Positions 54,000 through 63,485 of a stretch of DNA of 64,000 bases are shown piece after piece. The translations under genes were made by a program, and so were the position numbers. The notes beneath the pieces were generated by a model. It was given only the letters and a program-made list of their open reading frames with translations, searched no databases and had not been told where the DNA came from. The stretch is from an uncultured Chloroflexia bacterium (GTDB taxonomy: Bacteria; Chloroflexota; Anaerolineae; CG2-30-64-16). Numbering within the stretch: the first letter of the stretch is position 1; each line of letters begins with the position of its first letter. Location: the NCBI GenBank assembly GCA_963810095.1, contig CAWEMM010000006.1, positions 1,536,001 through 1,600,000 of the forward strand, read 5' to 3'.

Positions 54000-55829
54000 T
54001 TATAGCGCCTGCGAAATCTGCTGTGCGACCCATGCCGCGGTCAACGGCATCCCGTTGCAGCGGGCAACCGAAACCAACTGGCCGCCGCAGACCGGTTCTT
54101 CCGACAGCAGGATCTGGTGCAGTTGGCCGTCGAAGTTGTTCTCGACCACGAACACCCGGTCATAGGCCGTCATGAACTCGCGTACCGTCTCGTTGATTGG
54201 CAGCGCCCGCAGCCGCATGTAAGCCGTCTCGATGCCCTGCTGGCGCAGCAGATCGCGCGTCTCGACAAGCGCCGGATGGTTCGAGCCGATGCTGATGATG
54301 CCGATTCTGGCGCCCTCGGGGGCGTCGACGACGGGCGCCGGGACGAGCGTGCGGGCGGTGTCGAACTTGCGGCGCAGGCGGCGCAGGTTATTCTCCCAGT
54401 CTTCGGGCCGCTCGCTGTAGGTCGCCATTTCCGTGTGGCCGGTGCCGCGGGTGAAGTAGCCCGCCGCGGGGTGCCGCGTGCCGGGCAGCGTCCGGTAGGT
54501 GATGCCGTCGCCGTCGGTGTCCTTGTAGCGCCCCCACGCGTGGCCCAGCTCATTAAGCTGTTCGGCTGTCAGCACCTTGCCGCGATCGATCGGCTTCTCA
54601 GGATACTCGAAACGCGGGCTGATCCAGATGTTCATGCCCAGGTCGAGATCACTCAAGACGATGACCAGCGTCTGTAGCCGGTCGGCCAGGTCCAAAGCGG
54701 TGATGCCAAATTCGAACGCCTCGGCCGGGTCCGCAGGGAAAAGCAAGACGTGCCGGGTGTCGCCGTGGCTCAGGAAATAGGCCGCCGTGATGTCGCCTTG
54801 GCTCGTCCGGGTGGGGAGCCCGGTCGACGGGCCGATGCGTTGGACATCCCAAATGACCGAGGGGACCTCGGCGAAGTAAGCGAGGCCCGCGAACTCCGCC
54901 ATCAGGTCGAGGCCGGGGCCGGCGGTAGATGTCATGGCCCGGGCGCCGGCCCAGCCTGCCCCGACGCACATACCGAGCGCGGCGAGCTCGTCTTCGGCCT
55001 GCACCACGGCGAAGTTGGCCTTGCCGGTGTCGGGGTCCGTCCGCAGCTTGGGCAGGTACTTGTTGAGCCCGTCCACCACGCTGGATGCCGGGGTGATCGG
55101 GTACCAACCGACGAAGGTGACGCCGCCGAAGATGGTGCCGAGCGCAGCCGCGGTGTTGCCGTCGGCCAGGATCTTGCCCTCGTTGAAACCAGTCATCCGT
55201 TGGACGCGGTAGGGATCGCCCTTGGTCAGGTTTTCTCTGGCCCAATCGTATGCCCGGCGCACCATGCCCATGTTGAGCTCGATCGGTTTCGGCTTGCCGT
55301 CGAAATTCCACGAGACCGCGTCCGCGATTTCTTGCATATCGATGTCGAGCAGATAGGTCAGCACGCCGACGTAGACCATGTTGGCGATGTAGTCCTTCAG
55401 CTCGAACGGCACGCCGGCTTCTTTGACCAGCTTGTTAACGGGCATGGGGTAGTAGACGACGTCGGGCCGGCGCGCGGCAATGGGCAGGGAGTCATCGTAC
55501 AGGACGATGCCGCCCTCGGCCACCTTGGCCATATCTTCCGCGGCAGTCCGGCCGTTGAGACACACGGCGATCTCGTAGGCGTCGCGGTGTGCCAGGTAGC
55601 CTTCGCTGCTCAGCCGGATCACGTACCAGGTGGGCAGGCCCTGAATGTTGCTGGGGAACAGGTTCTTGCCGACAACGGGAATGCCCATCTTGAAGAACGC
55701 CCGCAGCAACACGCCGTTGCTCGTCTGGCTACCTGACCCGTTGATGGTGGCGATGTTCAGCGAGAAGTTGTTAACCACTTCTGGCCGGTCTGCCACTGGC
55801 ATGGGCGCCTCTTGTACTGCGATACTCAT
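54000..55829 (-). CDS. korA: 2-oxoacid:ferredoxin oxidoreductase alpha subunit
   Basis: NGSGSQT, FPSNIQG, WYPITP, QAEDELAA, TAGPG..LM.E, QRIGPSTGLPT. Confidence 0.92.
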   Translation of the reverse strand: MSIAVQEAPMPVADRPEVVNNFSLNIATINGSGSQTSNGVLLRAFFKMGIPVVGKNLFPSNIQGLPTWYVIRLSSEGYLAHRDAYEIAVCLNGRTAAEDMAKVAEGGIVLYDDSLPIAARRPDVVYYPMPVNKLVKEAGVPFELKDYIANMVYVGVLTYLLDIDMQEIADAVSWNFDGKPKPIELNMGMVRRAYDWARENLTKGDPYRVQRMTGFNEGKILADGNTAAALGTIFGGVTFVGWYPITPASSVVDGLNKYLPKLRTDPDTGKANFAVVQAEDELAALGMCVGAGWAGARAMTSTAGPGLDLMAEFAGLAYFAEVPSVIWDVQRIGPSTGLPTRTSQGDITAAYFLSHGDTRHVLLFPADPAEAFEFGITALDLADRLQTLVIVLSDLDLGMNIWISPRFEYPEKPIDRGKVLTAEQLNELGHAWGRYKDTDGDGITYRTLPGTRHPAAGYFTRGTGHTEMATYSERPEDWENNLRRLRRKFDTARTLVPAPVVDAPEGARIGIISIGSNHPALVETRDLLRQQGIETAYMRLRALPINETVREFMTAYDRVFVVENNFDGQLHQILLSEEPVCGGQLVSVARCNGMPLTAAWVAQQISQAL

Positions 55830-56599
55830 ACCGCTTCTCCTTGGAGTTGTTGGAGGATGACAGGAACGGCTGGCCCGCCGTTCGCAGACGCGCCATTGCG
55901 GGGCGCACCGCTGTTCGGGGCGATGAACTCGTGCGCAACGCCCATGCGGTCGATCAACTGCATGTGCTGGATGAGCAGTGTCTTTCCCAGCTCGTAATCG
56001 CCCGCGCGGACGGCTTGCGCAATCCGCTCGTGGTAGGACCAGACTTCCTGAAGATACCCGTAGTCTGCGTAGGTGTTCAACTCGACCGCTTCGTAAGCGT
56101 CCCAGTAGGCCTCCAGGAGGCCCAGGACGAAGGGGTTGTTCAGCCGCCGGTAGATCGTCAGATGGAACGCGCGGTGTTCGGGATAGGGGATCTGAACGCG
56201 CTCGGTCGTAAGCTTGGCCTGGGCCTGTTCGACCAGGCGGAGCAACTCGGCTTGATCCTCGCCGGTCAGCAGCACGACGGCCTCGTCCCAGAATGCCATC
56301 TCCAGGTGGATGCGCAGGGTGCTGTAGGCGCGGAACGCCCCGGGGTCGAGCGCCAGGCTGACCATCAGGCCCAGCCGCACCGTGTGGATGAAGTTGTACG
56401 GCAGGCAGCGGATGCCGCGGCGCGGGCTGGCCTCGACCAGGCCAAGCACCCGGGCCACCTCGAACTGCTCGCGGAGCTTGCCGACGCTGATGCCGATTTC
56501 GTTGGAAATCTCGTAGAGCGACGGCAGCTTTGCGCCCGGCTCACACCCCTTCGTCAGCAGGTAACGCAAGAACTCGGAATCGATGCGGTTAATGATCAT
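55826..56599 (-). CDS. GntR/FadR-family regulator (FCD domain)
   Basis: KLPSL..IS..IGIS...LRE....R.LGLV...PRRG; HRAFH..I....NP; H..I..A; stop overlaps the korA start. Confidence 0.85.
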   Translation of the reverse strand: MIINRIDSEFLRYLLTKGCEPGAKLPSLYEISNEIGISVGKLREQFEVARVLGLVEASPRRGIRCLPYNFIHTVRLGLMVSLALDPGAFRAYSTLRIHLEMAFWDEAVVLLTGEDQAELLRLVEQAQAKLTTERVQIPYPEHRAFHLTIYRRLNNPFVLGLLEAYWDAYEAVELNTYADYGYLQEVWSYHERIAQAVRAGDYELGKTLLIQHMQLIDRMGVAHEFIAPNSGAPRNGASANGGPAVPVILQQLQGEAV

Positions 56600-56997
56600 G
56601 GAAATTCCTGTCACGCCAAGTATCACCTTCGGCCGCGCCGGTCTTGACGAAGCTGACGTCTTCGAATATTCGGATTTATCGAATCAATCGAATTGTTGGC
56701 ATTATACCCATTGCCCCAGCGAATGCAAATCCGGGCTTCGTGCCTCGGAGTATCAATGTCGGTTCATATTTGCGTGAATGTCCGCAACGCTACATAAGTC
56801 TCCTATGCATTGTGACTACCTTATTTCTGATCGTGTGTCGACCGTGAGCGTCGGGCCGGCATTTGCGCGGTTTGCTGGCGAGAGTGTGGGCTGGACGCTG
56901 CATAAACGGGACACTAGCTGGTCTCACAAGGATAGAATGCACATGTTACAGCTAAATAGCGGGTGGGCGGCCGCGCATCACTCGCAGGGGGTGCGCG

Positions 56998-58191
56998 GTG
57001 GCTGACCGTGAAATGCGCACGGTATGGACGGTCGCCGAGGGCGACCTGGGCGGTAAGGGCCGCGTCCACGTGTTGGAGATCATGGGCAGCGCCATCGTTG
57101 GCGGCATGGAGACCTATGTAAAGAACCTCCTACGCCGGATGCCACCCGACCGGTTCCGCGTTACATGCCTGTGTCCCTATGAGAGCGAGGTCACCGAGAT
57201 CCTCCGTGCGATGGGCGTAGCCATCTTCATTGCCCGCATGGACGACGACCCGCCTTGGCGGTCGATCCAGACGGCCGTCGAGATCGTCCGCAATTTCGAC
57301 GTCGACCTGATCCATGCGCACATGCCCAAGGCCCACGTGCTGGCAGGGCTCGCCGGTGCGCTTACCCGCACCCCCGTCCTTGCCACCGTGCACGGCAACA
57401 GTATCACCACGCACGAGCTGGGGATTCACCGGACGACGGGCTCGCACCTGATCGCCGTGTGCCAGGAGGCATACATTCAGGCGCTGGCGATGGGGGTGTC
57501 ATTGGACCGGGTCAGCCTGATCCGCAACGGCGTCGACGTGGAGTTGTTCAAGCCGTCGCCCGCCGCCCGAGACGGGTTCCGCAACGTCATCGGCGTTGCG
57601 CCCGAAACTCCGTTGATCGGCTTTGTCGGCCGCATCGACGTGGAGAAGGGGCCCGACCAATTTCTTCAGGCCGCACAAGTCATCCACGCCGAAGTGCCAC
57701 AAGCCCACTTCGTATTGGTGGGAACCGGGCATCAATATGATAAAATGCAGGGACTAACCGGAGAGTTGGGACTCGCAAGCTGCGTGCATTTTGCCGGGCT
57801 CTGGCCTGACACGTCGCAGGTTTATCCAGGGCTCGACCTGCTCCTGCAGACGTCGCGCATCGAAGGTCTCCCACTTTCATTGCTCGAGGGTATGGCGTGC
57901 GGGCTGCCCGTGGTGGCGCTTGGCGTCGGGGGCGTGCCTGAGATCGTGGAAGAGGGCCGCACGGGCATGATCGCGGGGCCGGGCGACTGGCGGGGCGTGG
58001 GCCAGCGGGCCGTCGACCTGCTCGAACATGCCGACCGGCTGAAGGCAATGGGCGAGGCCGGGCAGCGCCGAGCGCAGGCGCAGTTTGACCTGCGGGTGAC
58101 GGTCAGGCAGACGACGGATCTCATGGAACGCCTGGTTCAGGCAGCGCACCTCGCGCCGAATACGCACCGGGCCAGGGCACGGAAGGACTAA
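56998..58191 (+). CDS. GT4 family glycosyltransferase
   Basis: GGME, DLIHAH, TVHG, IRNGVD, FVGRI..EKG, S..EGLPLSLLEGMACGLPVV. Confidence 0.92.
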   Translation: MADREMRTVWTVAEGDLGGKGRVHVLEIMGSAIVGGMETYVKNLLRRMPPDRFRVTCLCPYESEVTEILRAMGVAIFIARMDDDPPWRSIQTAVEIVRNFDVDLIHAHMPKAHVLAGLAGALTRTPVLATVHGNSITTHELGIHRTTGSHLIAVCQEAYIQALAMGVSLDRVSLIRNGVDVELFKPSPAARDGFRNVIGVAPETPLIGFVGRIDVEKGPDQFLQAAQVIHAEVPQAHFVLVGTGHQYDKMQGLTGELGLASCVHFAGLWPDTSQVYPGLDLLLQTSRIEGLPLSLLEGMACGLPVVALGVGGVPEIVEEGRTGMIAGPGDWRGVGQRAVDLLEHADRLKAMGEAGQRRAQAQFDLRVTVRQTTDLMERLVQAAHLAPNTHRARARKD

Positions 58192-59648
58192 TGACCCACG
58201 ACGATGAGTTCAGCAGCGTTGCGACTCAACGTGAGACCAGAGACGCAAACCGTTTGAAACCGGGGTTGAGTGCCGGGGGGGCGGACGATCTCGCTAACCG
58301 CATGCCCGCCGCCGCCGAACTTGTGCATTTGCCGGGCGCCCCAGGGGGTGGCTCGGACCAGCGGCTGCAGACGATGTTCGAGATCGCCCGCATCCTGGCA
58401 ACCGAGCACGACCCCGAGGTCACCGCGCCTCGGCTGCTTGCCGTCTTAATCGACCACCTGCGGGCTGCCGATGCAGGGATGTTCGTCCTCTACGACGCCG
58501 TCGAAGGAACCCTGTTGGTAAAGGCGGCGCAAGGTTATGACCTCGACATCTTGCAGCACCTGCGCCTCGCGCCGGGCGAGTCGATCACCGGGCGCGCCTT
58601 CTCCACCGGCGTCGCGGCACTCTACCCCACGCAGGAAAGCACCACGGCCGCGATGAGCTCGATGTCGCCGGAAAACCTGGCGATTTTCCGGGCCGCGGCG
58701 ACCGGTATCTCGGAGCCGCAGAGCGCGGTTGCCGTGCCGCTCGACACCAACGGCACCCGCGTCGGCGTGCTAGTTCTCGAGAGCCTTCGCTCGCCGGCCC
58801 AGTTCGACCCAAGTGACCTGAATTTCCTGATGCCCGTCGCCGACCTTCTGGCGCTGTCGATCGAGAACGGCCGCCTGCGCGCCGAACTCGACACCGTCCG
58901 CTCCCGGTCCGAGGCGAACCGGCTGAAGGCGGAGGTGATCTCGACCCTGGCCCACGAGCTGCGCACCCCTCTCACTTCGATCAAAGGCTATTCCAGCGCG
59001 CTCCTACTCGAAGGCGCTGCATTCGGCGCGGACACGCAGCGCGAGTTCCTGGAGATCATCGACGAGGAGTGCGACGTGCTGCAGGACTTGATCCACGACC
59101 TGCTCGAGTCTTCGATGATCGATGCGGGTTTCCTGCGCCTGGAGATGCAGCCGGTGCGGCTGCCGCGGCTTGCATTAGGTGTGCTCGAGGATTTCGCCCA
59201 CCTTGATTCTGGGCACAGGTTCGTCGCCGATTTCTCGCCCGATTTCCCCATCGTGGATGCCGACCCGCAGCGGGTAACGCAGGTGCTGCGCAACCTGATC
59301 GACAACGCGGTGAAGTACTCGCCGGACGGCGGGCTGGTCGTGGTGCGCGGCATCGCGCGGCCGGATGAAGTCGAAATGAGCGTGGCGGACCAGGGCGTGG
59401 GCATCGCGCCCGAACACCTTAACCGGCTGTTCGAGAAGTTCTTCCGGGTGAAGTCGGGCCTGGGCCGGCACGTGGTGGGCACGGGCTTGGGCCTTCCCAT
59501 TGCCCGGGCGATCGTCGAAAGCCACGGCGGGCGCATCTGGGCCGAGAGCGCCGTTGGGCAAGGCACGACCCTGTTCTTTACGATCCCAATCGAGGCGGAG
59601 CATGCCGACGCGGCGCGTCCCGGCGGCGCGACCCGTCTCGTCGACTGA
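58191..59648 (+). CDS. Soluble GAF-domain sensor histidine kinase
   Basis: GAF (GESITGRAF, AVPL, GVL.L), AHELRTPLTSIKG, QVLRNLIDNAVKYS, DQGVGI, GTGLGL.I..IVE.HGG; no TM segment. Confidence 0.93.
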   Translation: MTHDDEFSSVATQRETRDANRLKPGLSAGGADDLANRMPAAAELVHLPGAPGGGSDQRLQTMFEIARILATEHDPEVTAPRLLAVLIDHLRAADAGMFVLYDAVEGTLLVKAAQGYDLDILQHLRLAPGESITGRAFSTGVAALYPTQESTTAAMSSMSPENLAIFRAAATGISEPQSAVAVPLDTNGTRVGVLVLESLRSPAQFDPSDLNFLMPVADLLALSIENGRLRAELDTVRSRSEANRLKAEVISTLAHELRTPLTSIKGYSSALLLEGAAFGADTQREFLEIIDEECDVLQDLIHDLLESSMIDAGFLRLEMQPVRLPRLALGVLEDFAHLDSGHRFVADFSPDFPIVDADPQRVTQVLRNLIDNAVKYSPDGGLVVVRGIARPDEVEMSVADQGVGIAPEHLNRLFEKFFRVKSGLGRHVVGTGLGLPIARAIVESHGGRIWAESAVGQGTTLFFTIPIEAEHADAARPGGATRLVD

Positions 59649-59769
59649 TCTGAAATGGGACGCTGATGCAACGGATTGAACTGAGCTGCACTGTCCTTCC
59701 GAGAAGAGATCGTGATAATCAGTCAAATCTTTCCAATCAGTGTCCCGATTTGATCCCGCGTTGTCCGGC
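59645..59769. repeat. Palindromic intergenic element, copy D (between kinase and regulator)
   Basis: CTGATCTGAAATGGGACGCTGAT...AATCAGTGTCCCGATTTGATCCCGCGTTGTCCGGC; begins in the kinase TGA stop. Confidence 0.8.
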
Positions 59770-59814
59770 GTAGCGGGATGAGTGTCAAGACTGAATGGGC
59801 AGAAGAAGCAAAGC

Positions 59815-60562
59815 ATGACCAACAGCGAAACCGGCCAATCCATCCGATCAGCGGCCTATGCGGCGCAGGAGAAGGCAAAAGTCCTCGTCGTCGACGACGA
59901 ACCGCGGCTGGTGCGTTTGGTCAGCGAGATCCTCAAGGCCGCCGGCTACCGGGTGATCTCGGCTGCGAACGCGAAGGGTGCGACCGAAGCCGTGGCGCTC
60001 GAGCAGCCCGACCTCGTGTTGCTCGACGTGTTGCTCGGCGCGGGATCGAACGGCTACGACGTGTGCCGCACCGTCCGCGAGTTCTCCGACGTCGCCGTCG
60101 TGATGCTGACGGCGAAGGCGACCGAAGCGGACGTCTTGGCCGGCTTCGAGGCGGGCGCCGATGACTACCTGACGAAGCCATTCAGCGCCAAGGAACTACT
60201 TGCGCGGGTGCAGGCGGTGCTGCGGCGAACGCAGCGGCCCGGCGACGCAGTCACATCGGGTGTCGTCTGCGGCGACCTGGAGATCAACTACGCACGGCGG
60301 ACCGTGCGAGCTGCGCGGGCATCCCGTGGCCTGACCCGCACCGAGTTCGAGCTGCTTTACCAGTTGGCGCGCAATCTCAACAAGGTCATGTCGCATGTCG
60401 ACCTGCTCACGAACGTGTGGGGTCCAGAATACCGCGACGATCTCGAATACTTGCCGCGCCTATATCCGTTACCTGCGCAAGAAGCTGGAAGCGGACCCGG
60501 CCAATCCTCAGTACATCGTGACTTCCCCCGGTGTGGGCTACATGCTCGCGTGTCCATCCTAA
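59815..60562 (+). CDS. OmpR/KdpE-like response regulator; frameshift near 60450
   Basis: [28 protein letters not shown]; alternative frame gives [27 protein letters not shown]. Confidence 0.92.
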
Positions 60563-60686
60563 GAGTCTAAATATTCTCATAAATGTAATAATAATTGCTG
60601 CCTCCTCTAGCCATGGGACTATGATCTGATCCTAGCCCCGGCGCGCCGAGACGACGCACCGGGGCAAAAGGATTAAGGAGGACAGA

Positions 60687-63481
60687 ATGCCACAGAGAAG
60701 GAAGGTGCTGATGGGTGCGACGACGGTTGTCGTCGTGATCATCGTAGCGCTTGTGGCGACCGCATGCGGCAAGAGCAGCAATGCGGCCGAGACTCAGCCA
60801 ACATCGAGTGCGAATATGCCAACCACCGCCGCGCCGTCAGGCGCGGCGGTTTTGTCAGGCGGCAACTCGACCGGCAGCAGTGCAGCCGGTAACGGTGCGA
60901 CCGGCAACCTCGGCACCGGCGTCGCTACGGCGGCGCCCGGAAGCAGCAATGCAAATGGAGCCGGGCAGGCCGCGGGCGGCGCGGCAGGTAGCGTCGCGGG
61001 TTCGGCGGGCGTGCTGGCCCAGGCAGCAACCCCCGCGCCCTCGACGGGCTGGCGCCGACTGACCGGCACGAATGCGATGACCGGCACCAATGCGGTGACC
61101 GGAACCAACGCGATCACGACGACCAACGCCGTCACCGGAACCGGCGCGATGTCAGGAACCGGGCAGACGAGCGCAAACGGTGCGGCCATGGGTGCGAATG
61201 ACGGGGCGCGGGCCAGGCTGAAGGGTCGCCGACGCCCCGGCCGCCCCTGCCCACGCCCCGGCCCACTTCCAGCCGCAGGCCGCGCAGGGCCCGGCGCCTA
61301 CCGTCTCGGCCGAGGCGGCCCAATTGGGCGCGCAGTCCAAGCCCGCGCCGGCTGCCGGGCAAGTGGACGTTCGTTCGGATACGACTTCGAGCAAACTCGG
61401 CACGTGCCGCTGGCTCAGATCACCAAGGATAACGTGCGCACATCTGGGCCGGGTGTGGTCGGTCGATTTCCAGGACACGGACAAGACGATCCCCGGGGGC
61501 CAGGAAGGCTACCCGCTGGTGATCAGCGGCACCGTGTACGTCAGCACGAGCTTCAACCATGCCTTTGCGATCGATGCGGCGCACTGGCAAGGTCAAGTGG
61601 CACTTCTCGCCCGGCGAGATCGGCAAGTTCCAGAATTTCGGCCTCAACTTCAACCGCGGCCTGGCGTACTGCAATAACACGCTTTACATGCTGACGCTGG
61701 ACATGCGGATCATGGCCATCGATCCGGCCTCAGGCAAGCTTGTCAAGGAGGTCAACATCCCGGACACGGTGCCCGACGCCAAGACCGAGTACGGCTACTA
61801 CGAGACGGCCGCGCCGATCTGCTACAACGGCACGCTGCATCATCGGTTCGTCCGGCGGCGACAACGGCTTCCGCGGCTTCGTGATGGCTTACAACGCCAA
61901 GGACTTGACACCCGGCGTGGCCGAATCCCTACTGGACCGTCCCGCCGGTGAACCAGGACTGGCGCAGCCAGGGCGTGTTCCATGGCGGCGGCGCGGTCTG
62001 GATGCCGGTGTCGATCGACACGACGACGGGCACCGCTGTACTTCTCTGTGGGCAACCCGTCGCCCGACTTCTACCCGCAGCTGCGGCCCGGCAACAACCC
62101 GAAGACCAACTCGCTCGATCGCGGTCGATGTGAAGACCGGCCAGGAGAAGTGGTGGAAGCAGCAGCAGGCCGGCGACCAGTGGGACTATGACACCTCACG
62201 CCGCCGATGATCTTCACCGGCCGGGTGAACAATCAGCCGCGCCGGGTCGTCGCGGTGGGCAACAAGGCCGGGCACTGGTTCCTCTACGACGCAAAGAGCG
62301 GCGACCCGATCTACGAAACGGTCAAGGTGCTCGACACGGATAACCATCCGCCGCTCGAACAAGGCAAGGCGGTCGAGGTCGTACCCGTCCGCACTGGGCG
62401 GCTTCAACTACGGGCCTATGTCCTACGATCCGGGCACCAACTATGCGCTGGTTGACGGCGATCGAGTCGAAGACGGTGCTGGTGCAGGCGCGCTCGCCTG
62501 AGGAGGTGGACAAGGCCCGGGCCCGCGGCGACGTGGACACCGGCACGCTGAACGGCTTCGGCACGACACCCGCTCGGCTGGCACGATTACGGCAGCATCA
62601 GCGCGATCGACATCAACACGGGCAAGGTCGCGTGGAAGTTCCGCACCTCCGAGCCCGAACGCGGCGGCGTGACGACGACCGCGTCCGGCATTGCGTTTGA
62701 TCGGCGGCGGCGACGGCTTCCTGCGCGCGCTCGACACGACGACCGGCGCAGTGCTGTGGGAGTACCAGACCGGCGCGCCAATCGCGGCCGCGCCGAGCGT
62801 CTACGAGCTGAACGGCATCGAGTACGTCGTCGTGACGGACGGGCGGCACGAGCACCTCGTCGCAGGGCGGCAAGGTGACGCAGATGCAGGCCTTCGCGCT
62901 CGGCGGGGATCCGATGCAGTTCGGCGCCCCGGGCAACCAGACCAGCGGCACCTCGCCCGAGGACATTCTGAAGCAGGCCACGAAGCCGGCAGCGAATCAG
63001 GCCGCGCGAGTTCATCTCGCATCGACAAGGCACGGTGAAGAACCAGGTCGACCTCACGGTCGTCGCTTCGCTCAGCCCGGCGAACGGCGGCTTGAACTTC
63101 AACGGCTACGTCAAGGGTGAGGCGGCTTACCACGTGCCCGAGGGTTGGACGGTGAACGTCACCTTCCGCAACCTGAGCACCCAATCGCCGCACAGCGCGG
63201 TCGTCGCGCCCGACGGGGAGCAGAACAACGTCCGGATCACGCAAGACCGCGTTCGAGGGCTCGGCCATGCCGAACTACGAATCGGGCATCACTTCGGGGT
63301 CGCAGCGTTTCACCTTCAAGGCGGAGAAACAGGGCAAGTATGTCCTGATCTGCGGTTTGCCGGGCCACGGCCAGGCGGGCCAGTGGATCTGGTTCTACGT
63401 CGACGCGCCGGACTCGCAGCCTTCCTTCCAGGCGGGCAACGGGCAGCCATACGTCCCGCAGCCGCCGGAAACGGAGGCTGA
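60687..63481 (+). CDS. Lipoprotein: low-complexity linker + PQQ-dependent dehydrogenase beta-propeller + C-terminal sulfocyanin-like cupredoxin; many frameshifts
   Basis: Lipobox VATAC; PLAQITKDNV, EGYPLVISG, NRGLA, GFRGFVMAY, GGGAVW, GNPSPDF, DQWDYD, GAPIAAAPS.YE; then LNFNGY..G....VP.GW.V...F.N...PHS and LICGLPGH. Confidence 0.78.
61061..61163 (+). repeat. 18-bp coding tandem repeat (TGTNAM/V/I, about 5-6 units)
   Basis: ACCGGCACGAATGCGATG ACCGGCACCAATGCGGTG ACCGGAACCAACGCGATC ACGACGACCAACGCCGTC ACCGGAACCGGCGCGATG. Confidence 0.8.
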
Positions 63482-63485
63482 TCGC

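Noticed and set aside
4280-59769. Repeats as a CRISPR array or integron attC sites
   Set aside because: Copies are dispersed and degenerate with no regular repeat-spacer pattern; no cas or integrase gene in the window
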